DNA from: an uncultured delta proteobacterium
GTDB taxonomy: Bacteria; Myxococcota_A; Polyangia; Polyangiales; JAFGIB01
Reading direction: 5' to 3'
NCBI GenBank assembly: GCA_963778655.1
Contig: CAVZVA010000009.1
Coordinates: 800,001-864,000 of the forward strand
DNA: 64,000 bases
The translations under genes and the position numbers were made by a program. Below are positions 42,221 to 51,562 of this stretch, piece by piece. How positions within the stretch are numbered: position 1 is the stretch's first letter; each line of letters opens with the position of its first letter. The notes under the pieces are model-generated. The model searched no databases, was not told where the DNA came from, and worked only from the letters and a program-made list of their open reading frames with translations.

Positions 42221-44414
42221 GTGAAGAGGCTGCTCTTGCTTGGCCGGTGTTGCGTCGCCGGCTGCAGCCTCGATTTCGGCCGCTTCAAGGGCGTCACCAA
42301 GGGCGACGCCGCAATCGGCGCAAGTAGCCCCGGCGACGGCGGCGCGAGCCCCGGCGACGGTGGCGGCAGCGACGGCGGAGTGTGCGACTCGGGCCTGCCT
42401 CGCTCGATAGCGTCAACCAACGCGTGATCGCGGTCGGCGACGCCACCGATGCCGTGGTCGCGATTTCCATGGCCGACGGATCGCGTGCCGTGATCGCTCC
42501 TCCGAGCTCCACGCCGGTCGGGCGCAACAGCCTGGTGCTGGATGCGGGCAACAATCGCCTGCTGGTCACCGAGCATGACGCGGGTGCGCTGGCGTGGATC
42601 GACCTCTCGACGGGCGCGCGCGCGCTAATCTCGGACGCCACTCACGGGACCGGCGACACCTTCGTTCCCACCGCGGCGGTGCTCGTTCCGGCAATGGCGG
42701 ATCGCGCGTTCGTGTTGGTCGACAGCTCCAGCAGCTCCTCTTCGATGCACGTCTACAGCGTCGAGCTGTCGACCGGGAACCGCACCCCGCTGAGCGCCGC
42801 TGCGGGGGTGGACATGGTCTACGACCAGAACCGCAATCGACTGGTGGTGGTCGGCAACAACGGCGTTCAGGCCGTGGATCTGACGAACGGCAACGCCACC
42901 ACCATCGCAACCAGCTCCGATACCACACCAGCCGTCGGACGCGGTTCGCCGCTGTTCAACCCGGCGCACTCGATCGTCGACGGCGATCGCCTGCTCGTTG
43001 CGGGCGGAGAGGATGTGGGCAGCGGTCGCGTCTGCATTCACGCGGTGGACCTGGGGAGCGGCAACCACCATGATCTTGCGGCGCTGACGCTTGGCAGCGA
43101 CCCGCTCCCGCTGTCGTCCTCCGACATGGGGTTTCCCTTTACCTACGACCCCGCGACTGGCCGGGCGTTGGTGCTCGACCCGGCGGGCCGGTTGCTTTCG
43201 GTCCGGCTGCAGCCCGGAGACCGCGAGTACTTCTCCACCTTGCTCTATGGAAACGGTCCGGCCTTTGCCGACCCCGCCGCGATTGCCGACGACCCGACGC
43301 GCAATCGGTGGTTGGTGGCCGACTGGGCGCTTGGCGCCATCGGCGCGGTCGACAAGAAGACGGGCGACCGAAGCGTGCTCTCCGACGCGAGCACCGGCAC
43401 AGGCCCGGGGTTCGGCTCGCTCGTGCTCGCGGGCGTAGCGGTGGACACCGTCAACGACACCGTGATCGTCCGCGATCAGAGCAAAGGCGTTGGGTGTGGG
43501 CCCGGTGTTCACGTTCGCGTCCGTCAGCGCAACGCGGTCATCAGCCGCGAGCTGCCCGGCGTACAGCACGGCGGTGCTCGGGTCGAGGTGCTCGCGCTCG
43601 ACACCCACACCGGGCAGCAAACGGTGGTGTCCGATGACAGCGACAACGGCGGCTCGCTTCGCTGGCAGGTCCCAATCGCGCTCGAGCTCGATCCAGATGC
43701 GCACCGCCTGCTCGGGCTGAATCTCCGATTCTGCTTGTTCAGCTGCACCAACTTTGGGCCGGACTCGCTGCTATCGATCGACCTCGCGGACGGCGCCCAG
43801 AGCGTGATGTCGGATGCGACCAAAGGCGGCGGCTTCACATGGCAGACCCCTTCTGACGTCGTCTGGGACCAGGCGCACAACCGGGCTCTGTTGGCTGTAG
43901 GCGGGCTGCCCGGGATCGCCGCCGTCGATCCGTCGAGCGGCGATCGCGCGGTGTTTTCGGGCGGCCCGAATGGCAGCGGCGTCGCGTTCTCCGCGCCCGG
44001 GGCTGCGGCACTCGACGTGGCCCGTAATCGTTGCTGGTGTTCGATTCGCACGACTTGGTCGCTGTCGATCTCGAAAGCGCCGACCGCACGGCGTTTTCCG
44101 GCAGCAGCGCGGGCAGTGGACCTGCCTTCATCGGAACCGGGCCGATCCTGTTCGACGCGGTCCGCGACCGAGCTATCGTCTTCGATGGCGGTGACGCCAA
44201 CAACGCGCCTGCGCTGATCTCGGTCGCCGGGAGCGACGGGGTCGGCAGCACGCTCGCTCCGATTCCGCAACGTTGGTACAGGAGCAACTCCCTGGTCGGA
44301 AGCGGGTTCGCGTTCGACGGCGCCGCCGATGTCGCTTAGGTGGGCGGCGATGGTCTGTTCGCCCTCGACCCTGCAAGCGGCGACTACGTCCTGATGGCCG
44401 GGTTCGGCAAGTAG
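42221..44414 (+). pseudogene. Secreted beta-propeller-like protein, several frameshifts and one internal stop
   Basis: Repeated (I/V)DL.TG.R..LSD...G.G and D..RNR blades across ORFs 42146-42427, 42382-44217, 44031-44339, continuing in frame to 44414. Confidence 0.6.
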
Positions 44415-44688
44415 ATGATCGCGTTGTCCATGGTCGGGCTGGTTTGGCAGTGGTTCACGCCCACTACATCGGAGCCCGTGCCGCCGCGAACGGTCATCCT
44501 CGACGGGATGTGGGCGGGATCCTCGGGAGCAATCTGGAAACCCTTGCCGCGGAAGCTCGGTACCGCCGCGGCGATCGCGCCCCCGGTGGTCTTGAATCGA
44601 CTGCTTGAAACGGCTAATGCTTGCTAGCCAGGGGGCGCCGACGCCTTGGCGAGCGGCGCATACGGGCCCGCGAAGAACAGGAGCAGCG

Positions 44689-45465
44689 ATGAAGTTCCTC
44701 GATGAGGTGTCCGAGCAAGGGGTTACCGAACGGCGCTTCGAGCTCGAAGTCGACGGCGAGCGCGTCCCCGGGATCCTGTGGCATCCGACCGCCGCCAAGG
44801 GGCCGCGCCCGCTGTTGCTGCAAGGACATGGCGGTACGCAGCACAAGCGCGTGCAGAACGTCCTGGGCCTGGCCCGGCGCATGGTGCGCCATCACGGCTA
44901 CGCCGTGGCCGCGATCGACGCGCCTGGCCACGGCGATCGGATGAGGCCCGCCGACGTGGAGGCCAATCGCGCGCGCCTTCGCGCCGGCGGGGGGGTGCCG
45001 CGCTTGAGCGCGATGAGTGACGAGCAGCGCAAGCAGATGGCCAAGCGCTCGCAACAAGCGGTGGGCGAATGGAAAGCGACGCTCGACGCGCTGCAACGCG
45101 TCGAGCACGTGGGCGACGCGGGTCCGGTCGGCTACTGGGGTGTTTCCATGGGCACCTCGACCGGCGTCCCGCTGCTGGCGAGCGAGCCGCGGATCAGGTG
45201 CGCGATCCTCGGGCTGTTCGGGGTCCGTCCCGGCGCCGATGAATTCGTCCGGGCGGCCAAGCGCATCGAGATTCCGCTGCTGTTCATGTTTCAGCTCAAC
45301 GACGAGCTGATGACACCGCAATCCGGGCTCGCGCTGTTCGACGCGTTCGGCTCCAAGGTCAAGTCGATGCACATCAATCCGGGCCCGCACGTGGGCATTC
45401 CGGTGTTCGAGCGCGACTACTACGAGACCTTCTACGTGCGCCACCTCGGCTCGGCGGCGTCGTGA
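44689..45465 (+). CDS. Alpha/beta hydrolase
   Basis: GHGG, IDAPGHG, GYWGVSMG nucleophile elbow, NPGPH; RBS AGGAG. Confidence 0.88.
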   Translation: MKFLDEVSEQGVTERRFELEVDGERVPGILWHPTAAKGPRPLLLQGHGGTQHKRVQNVLGLARRMVRHHGYAVAAIDAPGHGDRMRPADVEANRARLRAGGGVPRLSAMSDEQRKQMAKRSQQAVGEWKATLDALQRVEHVGDAGPVGYWGVSMGTSTGVPLLASEPRIRCAILGLFGVRPGADEFVRAAKRIEIPLLFMFQLNDELMTPQSGLALFDAFGSKVKSMHINPGPHVGIPVFERDYYETFYVRHLGSAAS

Positions 45466-45551
45466 TGCTCTGCGCCGGGGCCGTTGCGCGTCGCATGGCG
45501 CACGCTTCGATTGCGGGGTAAGGGGTGGTTGGGGGGGCAGGAGGTACGGAC

Positions 45552-46157
45552 GTGATCAAGCTCTATTCGGCTCGGGTCTGCCCCTATGCGTTGCGCACGC
45601 GCCTCGCGCTGCAGGAAAAGGGGCTTGCATACGAGCACATCGAGATCGATCTGCAGAACAAGCCGGCAGACTTCATGGCGATCTCGCGCTACGGCAAGGT
45701 GCCGGCGCTGTTCGACGACGACCATCATATCTACGAATCGGTGGTGATCAACGAGTACCTGGACGAGAGCTACCCGCAGCCGCCGCTGATGCCGAAGCGT
45801 CCAATCGATCGTGCTTACGCGCGCATCTGGATCGACTTCGCCAACACGCGCGTGATGCCGGCGTCCGCCGCGCTGCGCTTCGGCAAGAGCGACGAGGAGA
45901 AGGCCGCCGCGGCCGGGGCGTTTGCCCAGCATTGCGCGATGTTGAGCGAGCAGATGGGCGCGGGCCCGTGGTTTCTCGGCGAGCGTTACAGCCTGGTCGA
46001 CGTCACCTACTGCACGTTCTACGCTCGCCTCGAGCGCTACGCTCACATCGCCATCCCCGACAACGTGCGCGCGTGGTGGGAGCGCATCGGCGCCCGCCCC
46101 GCGTACGTCGCGACCGGCGGGCTCGGCCCGGCGGCGCCCAGCCCTCCGCCCAGGTGA
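45552..46157 (+). CDS. Glutathione S-transferase family protein
   Basis: CPYA, EKGL, GKVPAL, ESVVINEYLDE.YP.PPL.P, YSLVD. Confidence 0.93.
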   Translation: MIKLYSARVCPYALRTRLALQEKGLAYEHIEIDLQNKPADFMAISRYGKVPALFDDDHHIYESVVINEYLDESYPQPPLMPKRPIDRAYARIWIDFANTRVMPASAALRFGKSDEEKAAAAGAFAQHCAMLSEQMGAGPWFLGERYSLVDVTYCTFYARLERYAHIAIPDNVRAWWERIGARPAYVATGGLGPAAPSPPPR

Positions 46158-46165
46158 CACGTCGG

Positions 46166-47281
46166 TCAATCGGCGACTTGCACCGAGCGCCGGCCCAACA
46201 GGTTCATGCGCGTGCGCCGGATGGTCGGCGCTTCCACGACGCGGCCGTCGTCGTAGCGGAAGCGCAGCGCGTCCGTGGGGCATTGCACGATGCACGCGCC
46301 GCACTCGATACACTGATCGGGCCTTCTGATCTCCACCTTGCGCCGCGGGCCGTTCATCTCGAGCACATCGCGCGGACACACCAGCACGCAATCTGCCGAG
46401 CCGTTGCAGCGCTCCTCGACCAGGTCGATATGCGGCTCGCCGCCGCGCGAGTTGATGTAGCTCGGGTACCAGGGCGTGGTGCCCGCGAGATCGATCGAAA
46501 GCACGCCCATCGCGGCGATACACGCGGTCCCGAGAGCAGCCCCGTGGCCGAGGGACCACCCGCCGAGGGCCAGGAGCGCGGCATTGCCCAGCAGGGCGGC
46601 CGTCAGGGCGAATGCCGCGAACGTCAGGAAACGCGCACGTGTCCGGACCTGGAGCCACGGCAGCAGCCCGAACAAGCCGAGCACCATGGCGGCGACCGAT
46701 GCGGCGGCGACCGTAGCGGTCGCGCGGCCGGAGACGAGCCAAATGATCGGCAGCGTCACGGCCAGCATTGGTACGCCCCACATCGCCGCCATCTCCGCGC
46801 GCTCCCACAGGGGAAAGCGCATGAAGCGCTCGCGTTGGCTCACGCGCGCCCCGCGCTCGAGAAAGGCCGGCAGGTCCTCTAGCCGTGCCGGTCCCCAGCG
46901 CGTGGCGAAGCCAGTCGCCTCGGTGATGCGCCGCCGCTCGACGCCGGTCGCGCAAAGCTGCGGCAAGATCAGCTCTTGGCGATCGACCCGGTCGGCGATG
47001 CCGGAGGTGCGAACGACGGAGATGACATCGTGGTGAGTCAGGTGGCCGCCGCCCGCGGCGCACCAGACGTTGATGCCGCGGCTGTTCGCGACCAGGAGCC
47101 AAGCATCGTGCCCGCGCAAGGCGTCGCGCAGGCGGCGTACTGTGAGGGTGAAGTTGCCCGTGACCAGCACGGGCGCCTCGCGCCCTGGCTCGCCGATGCG
47201 CAACAGCCCCGTCTTGGCGCGATGAGGAAACATGCGCAGCACGGTGTCGCGCACGTACGCAAGCAGGTCGGCAAGCTTCAT
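46166..47281 (-). CDS. HgcAB-like fusion: corrinoid-binding (CdhD/HgcA-like) domain + TM helices + ferredoxin
   Basis: GEPGREAPVLVTGNF.LTV, GINVWCAAGGG, LILPQL.ATGV, WGP....LPAFL; about 4-5 TM; CNGSADCVLVCP and CIECGACIVQCP. Confidence 0.92.
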   Translation of the reverse strand: MKLADLLAYVRDTVLRMFPHRAKTGLLRIGEPGREAPVLVTGNFTLTVRRLRDALRGHDAWLLVANSRGINVWCAAGGGHLTHHDVISVVRTSGIADRVDRQELILPQLCATGVERRRITEATGFATRWGPARLEDLPAFLERGARVSQRERFMRFPLWERAEMAAMWGVPMLAVTLPIIWLVSGRATATVAAASVAAMVLGLFGLLPWLQVRTRARFLTFAAFALTAALLGNAALLALGGWSLGHGAALGTACIAAMGVLSIDLAGTTPWYPSYINSRGGEPHIDLVEERCNGSADCVLVCPRDVLEMNGPRRKVEIRRPDQCIECGACIVQCPTDALRFRYDDGRVVEAPTIRRTRMNLLGRRSVQVAD

Positions 47282-47940
47282 GGCTCCTCCTTCTTCACTG
47301 CGTACACGATGATCATGCTGTTTCCGGCCACCCGCTCTTCCCGCACCTCGGAGAAGCCGGCTGCGCGTACGCGCTCGGCGAGCCGCGCTACCGGCCGAGT
47401 CGTGGTCTGCGTGAGCAGGTAGGTCGCGGCCACGAGCGGGAGTCGGCGCAGCCGATAGGCCACGCGAGAAAGTCCCGAGCCCGGGAGCGTCTCGTCGGCG
47501 ATCACGATCTCGCCACCAGGCAATAGACGCGTGTAGGCGACGCGCAGCACGTACTCCTGCTCCTCGGCCGAGAGCTCGCTCATCGCCAGGCAGGACACCA
47601 CCGCGTCGAGACTCTCGGGCCCAAAGCGGTCCTCGATCTCCGCCGCGCCGAGCTCGAGCAGCTCCAGGCTACCATCCGCTGGAACGGGCTTGCGGCGCGC
47701 GACCTCGAGCATGCCGGCGTCGATGTCGATGCCGGTCACGGCGGCGCCGCGCGCGGCGCACGCGAGCGACACACCGCCGGTCCCGCAGCCGACGTCGAGA
47801 ATGCGTTTACCGGGGGCCGCAATGAGCTCGGCGATTCGCTCGTACACTTCCGCAATGCGGCCATGTGCGAGCATGGCGATTCCCTTGTCGTAGCGCTCGG
47901 GCGCCGACTCGAGCACCTTCATCCACACGAAGCTGCTCAT
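47278..47940 (-). CDS. Class I SAM methyltransferase, corrinoid-protein-associated (CpaM-like)
   Basis: M..LESAPERYD.G, ILDVGCGTG, GIDI...ML, L.PGG....ADE; ATGA overlap with the HgcAB-like gene. Confidence 0.88.
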   Translation of the reverse strand: MSSFVWMKVLESAPERYDKGIAMLAHGRIAEVYERIAELIAAPGKRILDVGCGTGGVSLACAARGAAVTGIDIDAGMLEVARRKPVPADGSLELLELGAAEIEDRFGPESLDAVVSCLAMSELSAEEQEYVLRVAYTRLLPGGEIVIADETLPGSGLSRVAYRLRRLPLVAATYLLTQTTTRPVARLAERVRAAGFSEVREERVAGNSMIIVYAVKKEEP

Positions 47941-48007
47941 CGTGGAGCCTCCCCCTCGGCGCGTCGGACGCGCCGCCGGACCGCTGCCACGACGGCGCTG
48001 TGGTCCA

Positions 48008-48412
48008 CTACCATGGCGCGGTCAGCCGGCAGGCGCCGCTCCGGCGGGAAAGCAGCTCGCGGGAAGGGGGCAGTCGGCGTCTTGCGAGCAAGACGCGAGG
48101 CACTGGCTCTGCCCGTCTTCGACCGTGGTCGCAACCAGTCCGCCGTTGCAGGCACCGGCGTCGGGCGGGGTGTGTAGGCCTCTTTGCGTCGCGGAAATCC
48201 CGCGCTACACACGCCAGCCCGGTGTAGTCTGCGGCTTCCCGATCGGTCAGTAGCATCCCGGTGCAGCGATCGCTCTTGCACTCCGGCACGTCGAACGACT
48301 CGACGCCAATCTGGTCGGCAGGCGAACCGGCGCAACCGTAGCTCGGCCATGCCGCCGCAACGAGCAAGAACAGCGTATGCCTCGCCAAGCTCCCCCGCCA
48401 GAGCAAGGTCAT
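48008..48412 (-). CDS. Hypothetical lipoprotein, probably truncated
   Basis: Hydrophobic leader with SYGC; C-terminal half looks non-coding. Confidence 0.35.
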   Translation of the reverse strand: MTLLWRGSLARHTLFLLVAAAWPSYGCAGSPADQIGVESFDVPECKSDRCTGMLLTDREAADYTGLACVARDFRDAKRPTHPARRRCLQRRTGCDHGRRRAEPVPRVLLARRRLPPSRELLSRRSGACRLTAPW

Positions 48413-48424
48413 TGCGATCCCATA

Positions 48425-49252
48425 TCATAGGAGCACGCGCGGATCGAGGTCGACGCTGACCGGACAGTGGTCCGAGCCACGGACCTCCGGGTGGATGCGC
48501 GCGCCTTGCAGGAAGGGTAGGGCGCCCGGAGAGGCGAGCACGTAGTCGATGCGCCAGCCGACGTTGCGCTCGCGCGCGCCCAGGCGCTGGCTCCACCAGG
48601 TGTAGTGGCCCGGGCCCGGCTCGAAGCGGCGAAAGCTGTCGACGAACCCCGCGCGCAGCCAGCGATCGAGCTCGGCGCGCTCCTCGGGCAGAAAGCCGCT
48701 TGTGTCGCGGTTTCCCTTGGGGCGCGCCAGGTCGATCTCGCGGTGGGCAGTGTTGAAGTCACCCAGCACGAGCATGCGCTCGCCGCGCTCGAGCGCCGGT
48801 GCGAGCTTTCTGAAGAGCGCGCGGTAGAACGCGAGCTTGTAGGGTACACGCGAGTTGTCGCGCAGCGTGCCGCTGCCCTTGGGGAAATAGGCGTTGACCA
48901 CGAGCAGCGCGCCAAAGCGCCCGAGCTGGACGCGGCCTTCGCGGTCGAACCGGGGAATCCCGAGCGCGCCCTCGATCTCGTCCGCGGCCACGCGGCTGTA
49001 CAGGCCGACGCCGCTGTAGCCCTTGCGCTCGGCCGGGCTGAAGGCCGTGTGCCAGCCACGTGGCGCCCGCAGCTCGCCCGGAAGCTGCTCGGGCAAGGCG
49101 CGCACCTCCTGCAGGCCCAGGATCTGCCCGCGGGAGTCGCGCAACCAGGAGAGGAAACCCTTGCTTGCGGCCGCGCGCAGCCCGTTCACGTTCCACGAGA
49201 TCACGCGCAAGGGCCGCGCGCGGGACGGCTTGGGTCTGCTGTGGACGCTCAT
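48425..49252 (-). CDS. xth: Exodeoxyribonuclease III
   Basis: SWNVNGLRA, LQE, KGYSGV, GDFNTAH, SGFLPEER, YTWWS, GWRIDY, GSDHCP. Confidence 0.95.
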   Translation of the reverse strand: MSVHSRPKPSRARPLRVISWNVNGLRAAASKGFLSWLRDSRGQILGLQEVRALPEQLPGELRAPRGWHTAFSPAERKGYSGVGLYSRVAADEIEGALGIPRFDREGRVQLGRFGALLVVNAYFPKGSGTLRDNSRVPYKLAFYRALFRKLAPALERGERMLVLGDFNTAHREIDLARPKGNRDTSGFLPEERAELDRWLRAGFVDSFRRFEPGPGHYTWWSQRLGARERNVGWRIDYVLASPGALPFLQGARIHPEVRGSDHCPVSVDLDPRVLL

Positions 49253-49557
49253 CGGGCCCACCGGCGCGACTCACCGCTGGGCGCTTTCTCGCGGGCGCCC
49301 TCTCGCGGTTCGAGCACGGCGCGCACGCGCGACCGCAGCTCGCTCTGCTCGGCGCGGGTGCCGGCGCGCATGCGCTCGAAGCTGCCTTCGACCTCGAGGT
49401 CGGCGAACGTACCGGAGCGATCCTTGTGAAAGTGCAGAAAGACCGAGCCCTTGCGGTAGAACACCCCGCGTTTGCGTTCCGCCATGCCGGGCGTGCTCCG
49501 CAGCTCGACCATCAGGGGCTCGAGCGCATCCAACGTGTCAGGCCCTGCGTGTTTCAT
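49249..49557 (-). CDS. Conserved-looking hypothetical protein
   Basis: MKHAG...LD.LEPL..ELR, GVFYRK...FLHFH.D; ATGA overlap with xth. Confidence 0.65.
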   Translation of the reverse strand: MKHAGPDTLDALEPLMVELRSTPGMAERKRGVFYRKGSVFLHFHKDRSGTFADLEVEGSFERMRAGTRAEQSELRSRVRAVLEPREGAREKAPSGESRRWAR

Positions 49558-49623
49558 CGCGGCCCGACCGTAGTACGGTCGGGCCGGTCCTGTCTTCCTT
49601 CCAGCCCGGCGCGTCGCAGGTCC

Positions 49624-50000
49624 CTATTGCGCCTCCAGCTCGGCTCGCAGCGCGCTCAACCGGTCACGCACCTCCCAGGCATCGCACCACCGCTCGACGT
49701 ACGCCCAGTCGATCGGCTCGCCGCGGACCTGTTGTGCTTCCACCACGGCGGCGATGTCTGCGCGATCCTGGGGACGATCAGCAATGAGCTTGTAGACGAC
49801 GAGATCCTCGACCGAGACGACCTGTGCCGTCGTCTCACCGAACGGAGTGAGGGTCCTGCGCCGGCTCAGGGCAGACCGTTCAAAATCGGTATGCGCAAAG
49901 AGAACGTCGATGCGCCTACCCGCTGCGTCCCTGTACAGAACCAGATCGGGCACCTCGAAGTGCCGCCGCTCGCGCGAGCTCACCGTCATCTCGATCATCA
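49624..50000 (-). pseudogene. Nucleotidyltransferase (DUF6036/AbiEii-like) C-terminal part
   Basis: RIDVLFA.TDFE..AL.R, SVEDLVVYKLIA.RPQD.ADI, IDW.YVE.W; GG.A motif absent. Confidence 0.65.
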
Positions 50001-50054
50001 TAGCGTAGGGCACGGGCACGTTCCAGGCGTGTTGGCCGTTGCGGCTCATCGCGC

Positions 50055-50342
50055 TCAACGCGCGCCGTTTGCCAGGGCGCGCCGGTAGGCCGCGTCGCTG
50101 TCGTCCACGTAGACGTAGAGGAACGCGGTCGCGGCTGCGCGGGCTTCGGCGTCGCTGACCATGACCATGGAGTCGCCGATCGCGAGCACGGTCGGGCGCG
50201 CCTGCTGATTCTCGCCGGTCGAACCGAACACCTGCTTGATGAAGGCGACGAACCGTTCGGTGTCGCGGCAGGCGATCCTCGGCGTCACCCGCGGCCAGCC
50301 TTCGGGCACGAAAGGAGCACGCGTATCGCACGGTTCAGCCAT
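50055..50342 (-). pseudogene. VOC/glyoxalase (PhnB-like), C-terminally truncated
   Basis: PEGW..VTPR, FI..VFG, IGDSMVMVSD, LYVYVDD.DAAY.RAL..GA then stop. Confidence 0.75.
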
Positions 50343-50345
50343 TGC

Positions 50346-50625
50346 ACCTCGACATCGGTGAGCAGCGCAGCAAGACCATGGATGCGCTGACCGGCAAGTG
50401 CTTCGGTTTCGCGTTCACCGTCTGCGACCGCGCTCGGCAACAGTGTCCGGCCATACCCGGTGCGCCGCAGCAGATCCACTGGGGCTTCGACGACGCGGCC
50501 GAGATGGTCGGCTGCGAGGAAGATCGGCTGCGGGCGTCCGCCGCGTGCGCGACGAGCTGCGCCAGCGCATCCGCCTGTTCCTGCTCGCCAACGGGCTCAC
50601 GGGCGGCGAGCGCGACAGCGCGTGA
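50346..50625 (+). pseudogene. LMW-PTP type arsenate reductase ArsC, C-terminal fragment with frameshift
   Basis: QRSK, TVCD.A...CP..PG....HWGFDD, RRVRDELRQRI; CxxNxxRS P-loop missing. Confidence 0.7.
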
Positions 50626-50658
50626 AGGCATGCCGGTGGACGGCCGCAGCGAACGCGC

Positions 50659-51465
50659 TCAGCCGAACTGCACCGAGCGCTTGGTGAACGCCCCGTCCAT
50701 CCACCAGCCGGTGATGGGGAAGCTTACCTTCGGGTGCTCGCCTGCCACCGCGCCCGCGGCGACCAGCACCGGCGCATAGTGCTCCCACGTCGGCAGCGCC
50801 AGCGCGGCGCCCGGCGCGCGTGCCTGAAACTCGATCAGCGCGTCCGCGTCGAGGCGCGACAGCGCGTCTTCGGCCCAGCGGTCGAACTCCCGGGCCCACG
50901 CCGGGATGCCCGGTCGGAAGGCGTAGCGCATGTTGTGGGTGAGAAAGCCGCTGCCGAAAATCAGCACGCCTTCGTCGCGCAGCGGCCCGAGCGCCTGTCC
51001 CAGCTCGAACAGCGCGCGCGCGTCGAGGCCCGGCATCGAGAGCTGCAGCACGGGGACGCTCGCGTCCGGATACATCGCGACCAGCGGCACGTACGCGCCG
51101 TGGTCGAGCCCGCGTTGCGGGTCGTCCTGCGACGCGATTCCGCGGCTGCCGAGCAGCGCGCGCACGCGTGCGGCCAGCTCGGGCGCGCCCGGGCAGGGGT
51201 ACTTCGTCTGGTAGTAGCGCTCGGGAAAACCGTAGAAGTCGTGGATCAGCGGCACCGGTTGCGTGGCGCCGAGCGTTGCCGGCCGCTGCTCCCAGTGGGC
51301 GGAAACCATCAGCACGCTGCCCGGCCTGGGCATGGCCCGCGCCCACGCGGCGAGCTCTCCCATCCACGCGGCGTCGTCCAGCAGGATCGGCGCGCCATGG
51401 GCGGCGAAGATCACCGGCATCCTCGCGCTCGATCGCTCTGCTGTCGTATGCGCGTGGGTGGTCAC
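50659..51465 (-). CDS. Extradiol dioxygenase (DODA/LigB family)
   Basis: MPVIF.AHGAP, VSAHWE, HDFYGFP, RGLDHG..VPL..MYP.A.VPVLQLS, GSG..THN, PT.EHY.P. Confidence 0.93.
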   Translation of the reverse strand: MTTHAHTTAERSSARMPVIFAAHGAPILLDDAAWMGELAAWARAMPRPGSVLMVSAHWEQRPATLGATQPVPLIHDFYGFPERYYQTKYPCPGAPELAARVRALLGSRGIASQDDPQRGLDHGAYVPLVAMYPDASVPVLQLSMPGLDARALFELGQALGPLRDEGVLIFGSGFLTHNMRYAFRPGIPAWAREFDRWAEDALSRLDADALIEFQARAPGAALALPTWEHYAPVLVAAGAVAGEHPKVSFPITGWWMDGAFTKRSVQFG

Positions 51466-51562
51466 GGGTTGCCTTGGGGTGCCGGCTCCAAAATGGAATG
51501 CGCCGAGCCGGCGCGCAAACCGACGAGCCAGCGCAGCGCCCGAGCCGCCGTGCGCCGCCGTG

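Noticed and set aside
46390..46410. Selenocysteine in the first ferredoxin motif
   Set aside because: The codon is TCG (Ser), not TGA
46166..47281. Calling this a bona fide mercury methylase hgcA/hgcB
   Set aside because: Fused architecture, GGG instead of GK after the cap helix, altered first Fe-S motif and no terminal cysteines
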